Of a stretch of DNA of 64,000 nucleotides, positions 49,718 through 57,968 are shown piece by piece; positions within the stretch are counted from its first letter, which is position 1, and each line of letters begins with the position of its first letter. The notes below the pieces were generated by a model. It was not told the DNA's origin. It saw nothing but the letters and a program-made list of their open reading frames with translations, and searched no databases. The translations under genes and the position numbers were made by a program. The stretch is taken from sequence record OP380604.1; one strand, 5' to 3'.

Positions 49718-49970
49718 AGGCTATAAAAAGAAAGTTGTTCATCACCGTTGGGAAATCATTGCATTTCTGAATCAAAAAGATATTGTGGATGAGGATTACA
49801 TCGAAGATTGTGCCGATGAAATTCGAGATATCATGAAAAGTGGTGCCGAATACTGTTATGGTGATTTTTGTCCGTATCACAGTGAAATCGGCGAGTCTCG
49901 TTATCTGATCGTTAGTGACGATCAAGACAAATTGGCAGAAATGATTGCTGATGCCAGAGAAGAGATCTAA
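49701..49970 (+). CDS. hypothetical protein
   Basis: coupled ORF. Confidence 0.7.
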   Translation: MILMIEGYKKKVVHHRWEIIAFLNQKDIVDEDYIEDCADEIRDIMKSGAEYCYGDFCPYHSEIGESRYLIVSDDQDKLAEMIADAREEI

Positions 49971-49975
49971 ATAAT

Positions 49976-50060
49976 AGGTGTCAGTTGTAAGTCTCAATTG
50001 GAAGAGCTACTGGGCAGAAACCCAGTGGGGTGCGGGTTCGAGTCCTGCCTTCTGACGCCT
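49976..50060 (+). ncRNA. tRNA-like RNA with extended acceptor and non-anticodon loop
   Basis: AGGTGTCAG/CTGACGCCT, D-like arm, ACTGGG-CAGAAA-CCCAGT, T arm; late promoter TCTAAATA at 49966. Confidence 0.6.
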
Positions 50061-50076
50061 TTATTTGGAGATCTGT

Positions 50077-50238
50077 ATGGATTTTAAAAGTTTCATGTTG
50101 CTGGAGTTTGTTGAAAAACGAGGCGATGAATGGGTGGTTTTGAATCATGCTAAGACGAAAGTTCTTGGCACACACAAAACCAAAGAACAGGCAATAGATC
50201 AACTACAGGCTATTGAGATTGCAAAACATAAAGGCTAA
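50077..50238 (+). CDS. small hypothetical protein (53 aa)
   Basis: read manually: MDFKSFMLLEFVEKRGDEWVVLNHAKTKVLGTHKTKEQAIDQLQAIEIAKHKG; GGAG SD. Confidence 0.7.
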   Translation: MDFKSFMLLEFVEKRGDEWVVLNHAKTKVLGTHKTKEQAIDQLQAIEIAKHKG

Positions 50239-50293
50239 GATTAGTCATAAGGGACGGTTCTTTCATTGTTTTAACTAACGATGGAGAATCAAA

Positions 50294-50671
50294 ATGTCAA
50301 GAACGTTTAGAGTTAAGAACAAAGATGAAGTTAAGTACCTGATCGGTCACGACTTCTGGAAAGAGAACTGCAATGCATACCACCGCATAGGTAAGTACGA
50401 TTTCTGGCGCTATCATATTCAGCAGGAGCGTATCAATATGGACGTTTATGAGGAATATGAGCGTGAGAAAAACCAGATCATCCGTGGTTATGACTGTGAA
50501 GTGAGCAAAACTGGTAACTACTCCAACAAGAGTTGTCGAGAGTATGCCAATCTGGGTCGCGCCAAAGTTCGCGATCAACTGAAAAAGATCTCACTGGACA
50601 ACCAAGATGTTGAGATCATCGACCGTAGAAAGTACGATGCTTGCGCTTTTCGCTGGTTCATTCAATGGTAA
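50294..50671 (+). CDS. hypothetical basic protein
   Basis: GGAG SD, terminator after. Confidence 0.75.
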   Translation: MSRTFRVKNKDEVKYLIGHDFWKENCNAYHRIGKYDFWRYHIQQERINMDVYEEYEREKNQIIRGYDCEVSKTGNYSNKSCREYANLGRAKVRDQLKKISLDNQDVEIIDRRKYDACAFRWFIQW

Positions 50672-50674
50672 ACA

Positions 50675-50741
50675 AAATCCCGCTTCGGCGGGATTTTTTA
50701 TTTCCAAAAAGTGTTGACACTCTTTTGTGACCTGATATGAT
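50675..50741 (+). promoter_or_regulatory. terminator followed by early promoter
   Basis: AAATCCCGC-TTCG-GCGGGATTTT then TTGACA-16-TATGAT. Confidence 0.75.
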
Positions 50742-50767
50742 GGTCACATAGAAACAGGAGGTTAATC

Positions 50768-51001
50768 ATGAGTAAAAATATAACTTTCAATTCGGCAAGA
50801 GAGATTTTGCACTTTACCGCGACTGAGCTTAGTCAGTTTGAAACTATTACCGTGAAATTCGACGGCGAGCCGGAGTTATATAAGCGCAATCGTGGACTAG
50901 AGTTGTATTATCAAGTTCACAAAAACCGAAAAGTTGTTGCGTTTACATGCGATTTCGGTAACTATGATTTGATTAAACTGTATGGAGAAGATGGAAAATG
51001 A
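50768..51001 (+). CDS. hypothetical protein
   Basis: AGGAGG SD. Confidence 0.75.
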   Translation: MSKNITFNSAREILHFTATELSQFETITVKFDGEPELYKRNRGLELYYQVHKNRKVVAFTCDFGNYDLIKLYGEDGK

Positions 51002-51276
51002 AAGTATTTGTAAAGAATCTGGAAGAGTTATTGACAATGAGCCTTGTCGGTGTTCGCATCGTTGATTGTATGGGCTCAATTTATGAGCGAAACGATGATG
51101 CCGGTCAACTGTTCGAAAACGTCTTTGGAGTTCGTCCATTCGTTTTCACCAAGAATATGTATCACGACTGCGGTTCTATCATGTCCGAGTATGGCACAAT
51201 GGTGGCAATCGTTGGACAACGCTTTATCAAGTTCTATGGTGCCGATAACCTGTTCATGGATGTGCAAGGTGATTGA
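50998..51276 (+). CDS. hypothetical protein
   Basis: ATGA-coupled ORF. Confidence 0.72.
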   Translation: MKVFVKNLEELLTMSLVGVRIVDCMGSIYERNDDAGQLFENVFGVRPFVFTKNMYHDCGSIMSEYGTMVAIVGQRFIKFYGADNLFMDVQGD

Positions 51277-51493
51277 TAACTCCGAACTTCATATGATCAA
51301 GCGTATGATCGATGAAGATGAATTCCGCGGTGTCGTGAGCTGTCCCGACTGTAGCGGAATGGGCTTTGATGATCAATATTGCTGTACCACTTGTTGGGGA
51401 ACTGGCGGCGATTGTCACCGTTATGTTTCCAACATCGTGTCCGAAATGTACGATGAAATTAAACGTTTGAAAGAAAAGTGTGGTGAAAAATGA
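51269..51493 (+). CDS. small zinc-finger protein (CxxCxGxG pair)
   Basis: CPDCSGMG..CTTCWGTG; GTG start inferred. Confidence 0.65.
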   Translation: MIDNSELHMIKRMIDEDEFRGVVSCPDCSGMGFDDQYCCTTCWGTGGDCHRYVSNIVSEMYDEIKRLKEKCGEK

Positions 51494-51732
51494 AAAAAGT
51501 TCTTGCTTTTGTGGCTCTGATGATGTTTAATAGCTCTGTGTTCGCCGTTCCTGGCATGATTACTTGCTGGTTTCAAAATGGCGGATATGTAAAGACACCC
51601 GACGGTATGTTGATTAACGGCATCCGTGCTAGTGATTTGAATAGAAATAACAACGGTTGGATGTTTATGTTCAATGAGCGGAAATACTTTGTCACAAATG
51701 CCACTTGTTCTGTTCTCTGGGATGTGAAATAA
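51490..51732 (+). CDS. hypothetical exported protein
   Basis: MKKVLAFVALMMFNSSVFA signal peptide. Confidence 0.75.
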   Translation: MKKVLAFVALMMFNSSVFAVPGMITCWFQNGGYVKTPDGMLINGIRASDLNRNNNGWMFMFNERKYFVTNATCSVLWDVK

Positions 51733-51935
51733 TGACACAATATGTCGTATCGATCTATTACATCGATCAGGCTTACGAAACGTACTATCAACTTCCGAGC
51801 GAAAGTGGAGAGAAAATCCTTGCTAAGGATTTGATAGTTACCGACTTGAGTATTACCCGAGATTTTGTTGTGTTTAAGTATAACGGCAAGTCGTGTTATG
51901 TTGTCAACTGCAAACTAATTGCTAAGGAAATATGA
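51732..51935 (+). CDS. hypothetical protein
   Basis: MTQYVVS start coupled to the upstream stop. Confidence 0.65.
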   Translation: MTQYVVSIYYIDQAYETYYQLPSESGEKILAKDLIVTDLSITRDFVVFKYNGKSCYVVNCKLIAKEI

Positions 51936-52360
51936 TGAAAAAGATTATTCAAAATGTTATATTCGTATGTGCCATGCTGGCAGTCGGTGCTGTTAAAGCC
52001 GATACTCTGTATGAAGTAGAGACCTCTGGTCTGGTATTCAAAGATACTCTGAGTGTGGAAGTATTCAGCGATCCTGATTATCCAAACATCACCTGCTATG
52101 TCAATCTGCCGTCTCGAACTCTGAGTTTCGAAGATCAGACTGATGTTGCCATGCAGTGTGTTTCTGCTCCGTTCGAATCTGGGGTTGAATTGACGTCTCG
52201 CAAGAACGTATTCTCTCAGAAGAAAAGCTGGTTCTTCAAGAACATGGTGATCGACCGTGTGTATGACAAAGAGCATATGAACATGGTTTATGTTAGCTAC
52301 ACCAAGAAAATGGACGGCGACAACGCTAGTTCTGCTATCACTGTGGTGCCTGTTCTGTAA
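51932..52360 (+). CDS. CreA-like exported protein
   Basis: signal peptide; VEVFSDPDYPNITCYV..EDQTDVAMQC..VFSQKKSWFFKNMVIDRVYDK..SAITVVPV. Confidence 0.7.
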   Translation: MMKKIIQNVIFVCAMLAVGAVKADTLYEVETSGLVFKDTLSVEVFSDPDYPNITCYVNLPSRTLSFEDQTDVAMQCVSAPFESGVELTSRKNVFSQKKSWFFKNMVIDRVYDKEHMNMVYVSYTKKMDGDNASSAITVVPVL

Positions 52361-52369
52361 GGGAATTCT

Positions 52370-52696
52370 ATGTTCCGTGTAATGTTTCTTGTGTTCGTCG
52401 TGCTGTTATCTGGGTGCGGTGAACCAGAAAAACCAATCGTAGTTCGAGAAGTAACAGCACAGGCGACAAGATATAAGCCACAAGAGTGGAGAGGTAAGTT
52501 CTACCAGGAAGCTCGCGTTGAGTTTGAATATAACGGGATTCTTGTTTACTCAATCGAAACCGGTAGCTGTACGATTGTACCCGAGTTCAAACAAGAAACC
52601 GTTGTGTTGATGAAAGCTGTTTATTCGAGTGGAATCAAATACTACATCAAGGACGATTCATACCAAGCTAACTTTTTAGCAAAATATTGTTACTGA
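52370..52696 (+). CDS. putative lipoprotein
   Basis: LLSGC lipobox after a hydrophobic stretch. Confidence 0.7.
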   Translation: MFRVMFLVFVVLLSGCGEPEKPIVVREVTAQATRYKPQEWRGKFYQEARVEFEYNGILVYSIETGSCTIVPEFKQETVVLMKAVYSSGIKYYIKDDSYQANFLAKYCY

Positions 52697-52745
52697 TGTT
52701 TACTTGCCACGGAAGGCGAGTTAAAGTAACAGAAAAGAGGATTAA

Positions 52746-53345
52746 ATGGCGAAACTTTTTTTCACGCATAGTGCGATGAACGTGGGCAAGAGCACTCAAT
52801 TACTGCAAGTGGCTTTCAACTACAACGAGAGAAATCAAAACGTTCTGCTGTACAAACCTGCGTTTGACACTAGAACAGAAGGTACGATTGGATCACGTAT
52901 CGGTATCCAGCGTGAGTGTCGCTGTGTGCATGTTGACGAAAACATGTTTACAATGATCGAAAAAGAGAGTAAACTGTCCGATATCGCCTGTGTTCTTGTT
53001 GATGAAGCACAGTTCCTGACTGAAAAACAAGTGTGGGAACTGTCCGACGTTGTTGACAAGCTGGATATCCCTGTTATGTGCTACGGACTGCGTACCGATT
53101 TTCTCGGTAACTTGTTCCCTGGCTCTAGGGCATTACTTTCGATTTCAGATGAAATTAGACAACTGTCTGGTATCTGTGATTGTGGTAGAAAATCCTGTAT
53201 GGTAGCTCGCGTTGATGATAACGGCAATGTTATCCGTCGAGGTGAACAAATTTGCATTGGGGCTGAACAACGTTACATTTCGTTCTGCCGCAAGTGCTGG
53301 AAAAACAAACTGTCCTATGATTGGGACAAATTCAAACAAACCTGA
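52746..53345 (+). CDS. tk: thymidine kinase
   Basis: HSAMNVGKST, VLVDEAQF, CYGLRTDF, CDCG, YISFCRKC. Confidence 0.97.
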   Translation: MAKLFFTHSAMNVGKSTQLLQVAFNYNERNQNVLLYKPAFDTRTEGTIGSRIGIQRECRCVHVDENMFTMIEKESKLSDIACVLVDEAQFLTEKQVWELSDVVDKLDIPVMCYGLRTDFLGNLFPGSRALLSISDEIRQLSGICDCGRKSCMVARVDDNGNVIRRGEQICIGAEQRYISFCRKCWKNKLSYDWDKFKQT

Positions 53346-53358
53346 AAGAGGTAATTCT

Positions 53359-54795
53359 GTGTCTAATTTTATGAATGCAATGGTACAAGCTCAAGCCCGC
53401 ACTGCTAACGGTGCTGTCACTAACTACACCACTGGCGACAAGTGTCTGAATCTGTTTTCTCAGATTGGTTCCTCTCGCGGGAAAGATCTGACCCAGATGT
53501 TTGTTGATGCTTATACCGAGTCTCCTGACTGGGCTGTTCGCATTCTGCAATGGGCTCGCGATATTCGCGGTGGTGCCGGTGAACGTGAACAATTCATCCG
53601 CCTGCTGAAAGTCCTTGCGCATCGTCACCCTGTTGACGCCACCGTAGTTCTGATGAACACTCCTGAAATCGGTCGCTTCAAAGACGTGGTAGCAATGTTC
53701 AATTCTCCGATTCAGGACGCTGCTGTGGCTATCATGGTTGATGCAATCATGACCAAGCAAAACGGTCTTGCTGCAAAGTGGGCACCTCGGAAGGGCAAAG
53801 AAGCCGGTATTCTGGCCAAAGCTATGCGAATGACTGCTAAAGAATATCGTCACACTATCGTCCGTATGTCGAACACCGTTGAACAAAAGATGTGTGCTCG
53901 TCAGTGGGACGGTATTGAGTTCGGTAAACTGCCGTCTGTTGCATCTGCTCGATATCAGAAAGCATTCCTGAAAAACGCGAACGAGCGTTATGTTGCTTAT
54001 CTTGAGTCTCTGAAAAAGGGTGAGGCTAAGATCAACGCTGCTGCGGTTTATCCGTATGACATGATCAAATCCCTGCGTACCGGTTCTTCTGTTGCTGCTG
54101 ATGCACAATGGAAAGCACAACGCGACTGGATGGCTGGCTCCACTGAAAACGTAATCGCGATGGTTGACGTTTCTGGCTCTATGGGCACTCCGACCGCTGT
54201 TGCTGGCTTGTCTGCTATGGACATCGCGATTTCTCTGGGTCTGTACATCGGCGAACGCTCGCGCGGTGTGTTCAAGAACGAAGTGATTACCTTCGATGAT
54301 AATCCTGAGTTCTACAACATCAAAGCGAAAGGCGACGATCTGCAAAGCATGGTGAATCATCTGGGACGCGCTCCGTGGGGTGGCTCTACCAACTTTGCTG
54401 GTGCATTCAAGATCATTCTTGATCGCGCTGTACGCAATCGAGTTCCGCAAGAAGATATGCCGACTATGATGGTTGTCTTGTCTGACATGGAATTCAACGT
54501 TGCTGATGGTGGCTATAGTGGTTACTATCGTATGCGTGACCGTGAGCCTACCAACTTTGAGGTGATTCGTCAGACTTACCGCGACGCTGGTTACGAAATG
54601 CCGAAACTGGTGTTCTGGAATCTTTGCCCGCGTCCGACTAACAATCCGGTGACCAAAGATGATCAAGGCACTGCTCTTGTTTCTGGTTTTAGTCCCGCAA
54701 TCATGGAGACAATCCTGAGTGCGAAAGAGTTTAACCCGATGCAAATCATGCTCGACAAGATCATGAGCGACCGTTACGTCGGTATCGACTTCTAA
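53359..54795 (+). CDS. DUF2828-type helical plus vWA protein (Ro60/TROVE-like architecture)
   Basis: GTG start after GAGGT; RDIRGGAGERE, AAKWAPR, EQKMCARQW, VDVSGSM MIDAS, TFDDNP, WGGSTNF, SDMEF, LVFWNL. Confidence 0.85.
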   Translation: MSNFMNAMVQAQARTANGAVTNYTTGDKCLNLFSQIGSSRGKDLTQMFVDAYTESPDWAVRILQWARDIRGGAGEREQFIRLLKVLAHRHPVDATVVLMNTPEIGRFKDVVAMFNSPIQDAAVAIMVDAIMTKQNGLAAKWAPRKGKEAGILAKAMRMTAKEYRHTIVRMSNTVEQKMCARQWDGIEFGKLPSVASARYQKAFLKNANERYVAYLESLKKGEAKINAAAVYPYDMIKSLRTGSSVAADAQWKAQRDWMAGSTENVIAMVDVSGSMGTPTAVAGLSAMDIAISLGLYIGERSRGVFKNEVITFDDNPEFYNIKAKGDDLQSMVNHLGRAPWGGSTNFAGAFKIILDRAVRNRVPQEDMPTMMVVLSDMEFNVADGGYSGYYRMRDREPTNFEVIRQTYRDAGYEMPKLVFWNLCPRPTNNPVTKDDQGTALVSGFSPAIMETILSAKEFNPMQIMLDKIMSDRYVGIDF

Positions 54796-54800
54796 AAAAA

Positions 54801-54851
54801 GCCACCTTCGGGTGGCTTTTTTATTGACAACTGATTTGGATATGAGATAAT
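54801..54851 (+). promoter_or_regulatory. terminator followed by early promoter
   Basis: GCCACC-TTCG-GGTGGC-TTTTTT then TTGACA..GATAAT. Confidence 0.75.
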
Positions 54852-54874
54852 ACGAATCCAACTAGGAGAATGAT

Positions 54875-55288
54875 ATGTTCAAGAGTGAAGATTGTAAGAA
54901 GATTGTGGCGAAAGTAGAAGAGTTGCGAATTGATTGGAATCAAAAAGTTTCTCAGTTTCACGATAAAGATAACATTCGGAAGTTGACAGGAAAATATTCA
55001 AATGTTAGTATGGATCTCGAAGATATGACGATTAGCGTCACGTATGAGACTGGCTGGGATGACGACTTCCACGTTTGTAGCATTGATGTTGCCGTTGATG
55101 ACCGTGAGATTGATGATGTTCTGAAAGATATCGAGTCCGAGATTGCTCGTTCATTCCAGCATATCAAACAACGCGATGAAGACTATCGCGTTAAAAAAGA
55201 AAAATGGGACGCTAATCAGAAGCAACAACGTTTAGAGCAATACAAGCGGCTGCAAGCTGAGTTCGGTCAAATTTCAACTCCAATGTGA
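54875..55288 (+). CDS. hypothetical protein
   Basis: AGGAG SD. Confidence 0.75.
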   Translation: MFKSEDCKKIVAKVEELRIDWNQKVSQFHDKDNIRKLTGKYSNVSMDLEDMTISVTYETGWDDDFHVCSIDVAVDDREIDDVLKDIESEIARSFQHIKQRDEDYRVKKEKWDANQKQQRLEQYKRLQAEFGQISTPM

Positions 55289-55297
55289 GAATTAAAA

Positions 55298-55552
55298 ATG
55301 AGTTCGATTATTGAGTTTATCCTTGCTAACGTTAAGATGTATGGCGATGCAATGGCAAAAATCCACAATATGGAGTTTAAGGCCGATGATGTTTCGTTTA
55401 ATCTTATCAAGAATGAGATAGTGGTAAAATTTAATGCTAACGGCACGGATTTGGAACATAAGTTCGAAATGGATTTCTTCCGAAATCAAACTAGCGTGTC
55501 TGCTTGGATAAAGCAAGTGGAAGATTTCGTCAAACAGGTCAACGGAGAATAA
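55298..55552 (+). CDS. hypothetical protein
   Basis: co-oriented ORF. Confidence 0.7.
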   Translation: MSSIIEFILANVKMYGDAMAKIHNMEFKADDVSFNLIKNEIVVKFNANGTDLEHKFEMDFFRNQTSVSAWIKQVEDFVKQVNGE

Positions 55553-55553
55553 A

Positions 55554-55823
55554 ATGCAGAATACAACAATGCTGATTTACAATATCAAGACATTCAAACG
55601 CGCATTGGTAGAATATGCCAATCAGATCAAGCGTAACAACGATTCCAATTGGGAAGCGAACGACGCTATTATTGATGACGAAGGAAACGTTGAGTTCTGG
55701 ATTCATTCGTATCAAGGCGAAGGTGATTTTTATCGTGCCACTTTGAATCTGAAACTGTTTGCCGATGACCGTGTTATCGAACATCATTTGGCAAACTGTA
55801 AATTGGAGATTGCTGGTAAATGA
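55554..55823 (+). CDS. hypothetical protein
   Basis: GGAG SD. Confidence 0.7.
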   Translation: MQNTTMLIYNIKTFKRALVEYANQIKRNNDSNWEANDAIIDDEGNVEFWIHSYQGEGDFYRATLNLKLFADDRVIEHHLANCKLEIAGK

Positions 55824-56026
55824 TATCGGAGAATCTATCTCGAATTCTTCGGACTATCGAGTGTATTGGATATGACGAAGTAAGTACCGACCCTATGGAT
55901 AGAAGTGATTTCATTACACAACACGATCACACCGAGCTGTTGAGGAGTGGATACTCTTTCCATATTAGACAGATCAAACAAAACGGATATCACGTTTTCT
56001 TAGTGATGGCTCCGCGAAATGTTTGA
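55820..56026 (+). CDS. hypothetical protein
   Basis: ATGA-coupled ORF. Confidence 0.65.
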   Translation: MISENLSRILRTIECIGYDEVSTDPMDRSDFITQHDHTELLRSGYSFHIRQIKQNGYHVFLVMAPRNV

Positions 56027-56363
56027 AATTCTGTATATTCTCATTCTCGGCCATTTTGTGGCCGATTATGTTCTGCAATCCGATAGTATTGCTCGTGGTA
56101 AGAATCCAATCAATTCTCCGCTCTATGGCGTGCATTGGTTCTACTGGCTAACTGCTCATAGTGCTACTCATGCGCTTGTGGTATACGTTGCAACCAAGAG
56201 CGTTTGGCTTAGTTTGGCAGAGCTTGTGAGTCATTGGATCATCGATTATGCTAAGTGCAACAGCAAGATTGGATTACATCAAGATCAAGCACTTCATATT
56301 GTGTGTAAAATTTTGATCGCAATCGCGTATTTTTGCTTGACTGGTAATCCAGAGTCATTATAA
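56019..56363 (+). CDS. DUF3307-like membrane protein
   Basis: GHFVADYVLQS..AHSATHA..SHWIIDYAK..DQALH. Confidence 0.8.
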   Translation: MFEILYILILGHFVADYVLQSDSIARGKNPINSPLYGVHWFYWLTAHSATHALVVYVATKSVWLSLAELVSHWIIDYAKCNSKIGLHQDQALHIVCKILIAIAYFCLTGNPESL

Positions 56364-56391
56364 TGGTGACATTAACTAAGAGGAAGTTATC

Positions 56392-56868
56392 ATGAGTATG
56401 AAATATCTGACTAAACTGCTGTTTCCTAATACCTATACTGCTATTGTCGAAGAAGGCAAGTGGCTTGGCATGGAAGCAAAGCGTAAAGAACAAGAAGAAC
56501 AGAAAGAGAAAGATCGTCTGTTGTCACTTTCATACAAACGTCCTCTTGGTATTCCCATGATCTCGTTCGACGGTGCTGGTAATGTTCGAGTTGTAGTAAA
56601 CACGGAATACATGTATGATGGTGCCGTAACTCGTTCCGTTGATCTGATTTCAGGTGAGGAGTTTATTGACTTCACCACTCAGATTCGATACAGTGAGGAG
56701 TTGGCGGGATTAATTGCACGTAATAAGATCGAGGATGTTTACGCGCTGATTCATCGCGGTAACGCCAAGATCATGAAAGTAAATCCGAATCGGGAAACGT
56801 TGATTCGTTTGAAGTTCAAACTGGCAGTGAAAAATTTCAACGAAAAAGGTTTACCCTCTAAGAAATAA
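56392..56868 (+). CDS. hypothetical protein
   Basis: GAGG SD. Confidence 0.75.
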   Translation: MSMKYLTKLLFPNTYTAIVEEGKWLGMEAKRKEQEEQKEKDRLLSLSYKRPLGIPMISFDGAGNVRVVVNTEYMYDGAVTRSVDLISGEEFIDFTTQIRYSEELAGLIARNKIEDVYALIHRGNAKIMKVNPNRETLIRLKFKLAVKNFNEKGLPSKK

Positions 56869-56878
56869 GTGTTAAGAT
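56850..56878 (+). promoter_or_regulatory. early promoter for the tRNA-like trio
   Basis: TTTACC-17-TAAGAT with extended -10 TG; predicted TSS about 56885. Confidence 0.65.
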
Positions 56879-56888
56879 TGTTTTGTTG

Positions 56889-57005
56889 TCGCGATTAGTT
56901 CAGCGGGAGAGCGCCTCTGATCGCAGAGAAGTATCGGGACCGGTTCGATTCCGTTAAGTGTGGGCACATTGAGAAACGTCACTGGTTCGAATCCAGTATC
57001 GCGAC
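56889..57005 (+). ncRNA. tRNA-like RNA X1 with enlarged anticodon domain
   Basis: acceptor, D and T arms intact; 68 nt between D and T arms; acceptor helix extended to 14 bp; no CCA. Confidence 0.8.
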
Positions 57006-57022
57006 AACAAACAACATTATGC

Positions 57023-57136
57023 TGGCGGTTCGTCTAATTGGTAGGACACTGTAAAATTCATTCTGATAAGAATGTTTTCCGCAATAAATACTCGCCTGTT
57101 AAGCCTGTAATCTGGGTTCGAGGCCCAGACCGCCAG
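57023..57136 (+). ncRNA. tRNA-like RNA X2 with enlarged anticodon domain
   Basis: acceptor, D and T arms intact; 64 nt between D and T; 20-bp flanking helix; CTGTTAA heptamer. Confidence 0.8.
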
Positions 57137-57156
57137 CATAGTGTTGTTAAAAATTT

Positions 57157-57278
57157 GGGGAAGTAGCTCAGTGGTAGAGCAGTAGTCGCAAAAAGCGGAA
57201 TCTGATTAAGATTCTTTACCGCAAACCCTTGCAAAATCAAACTGTTGGTCGTGGGTTCGAATCCCACCTTCTCCGCCA
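57157..57278 (+). ncRNA. tRNA-like RNA X3 with enlarged anticodon domain
   Basis: GGGGAAG/CTTCTCC-GCCA, canonical D and T arms, 54-nt loop in the GTAGT/ACTGT stem. Confidence 0.82.
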
Positions 57279-57327
57279 ATATCTGTCATTAGTGATAGTG
57301 TATTAAAACCACCTGTAGGAAACAAAG

Positions 57328-57606
57328 ATGGAATTTCTAACTGAGAAAAAACTCCGCAATCTGACTACCGAACGTCTGAATGCACTGCGTAAAACTGTGT
57401 TGAAGTCTCGCGCTGCTGCACAATATCATGCAGATCAACAGGATTGTTCCGATGCAGATCGCGAACGCGCTCATAATCTGGCCGAGTATTACGATTTGAT
57501 CAAGTCTATCATGGAAGAGCGTGAGCACATCGAAAAACCAGCCAAAGACAAGTCTCGTCCTCGTCGCGACGGACGTAACGTAAAACGTTCTTGGGATAGT
57601 GAGTGA
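57328..57606 (+). CDS. hypothetical basic protein
   Basis: AGGA SD, terminator after. Confidence 0.78.
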   Translation: MEFLTEKKLRNLTTERLNALRKTVLKSRAAAQYHADQQDCSDADRERAHNLAEYYDLIKSIMEEREHIEKPAKDKSRPRRDGRNVKRSWDSE

Positions 57607-57622
57607 TCAGTTAAGATAAATT

Positions 57623-57684
57623 AAGGCACCTTCGGGTGCCTTTTTCGTTTTGGTGCTTGACATGCCAATCTAACCTGCTATTAT
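57623..57684 (+). promoter_or_regulatory. terminator followed by early promoter
   Basis: AAGGCACC-TTCG-GGTGCCTTTTT then TTGACA-16-TATTAT. Confidence 0.75.
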
Positions 57685-57712
57685 GGACATATCCAAACGA
57701 GAGGAACAAATC

Positions 57713-57967
57713 ATGACCTATATTCAAGAAGTTATCGCAACTCGTCCAGCGGACCACGAATTCAAATACATGCTGCTGAGTCGTATGAAATCCGATTGTG
57801 AGTTCTTTCTAGGATACGGAAATCGTTCTGAATCTCGCCTGTGGGCTGGCAGTGTTGACGAACAAATCGAAAGCATGAAAGCTCTGTATAACAGCTTCGA
57901 AACCAAGCCCGAGTGGATCACTATGCAGATGATCGAGGAATACGAAACTGATATGAAAGGGGAATAA
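57713..57967 (+). CDS. LPD11-like domain protein
   Basis: FKYMLLSRMKSDCEFFLGYGNR..LWAGSVDEQIESMKALYNSF..KPEWITMQMIEEYE. Confidence 0.75.
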   Translation: MTYIQEVIATRPADHEFKYMLLSRMKSDCEFFLGYGNRSESRLWAGSVDEQIESMKALYNSFETKPEWITMQMIEEYETDMKGE

Positions 57968-57968
57968 C

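Noticed and set aside
53332-54861. 509-aa minus-strand ORF
   Set aside because: Antisense shadow of the codon-biased DUF2828 gene; no motifs and against the local transcription direction.
56889-57278. group I self-splicing introns in tRNAs
   Set aside because: Inserts of about 40-50 nt are far too short for a group I core and no P7-like motifs were recognised.
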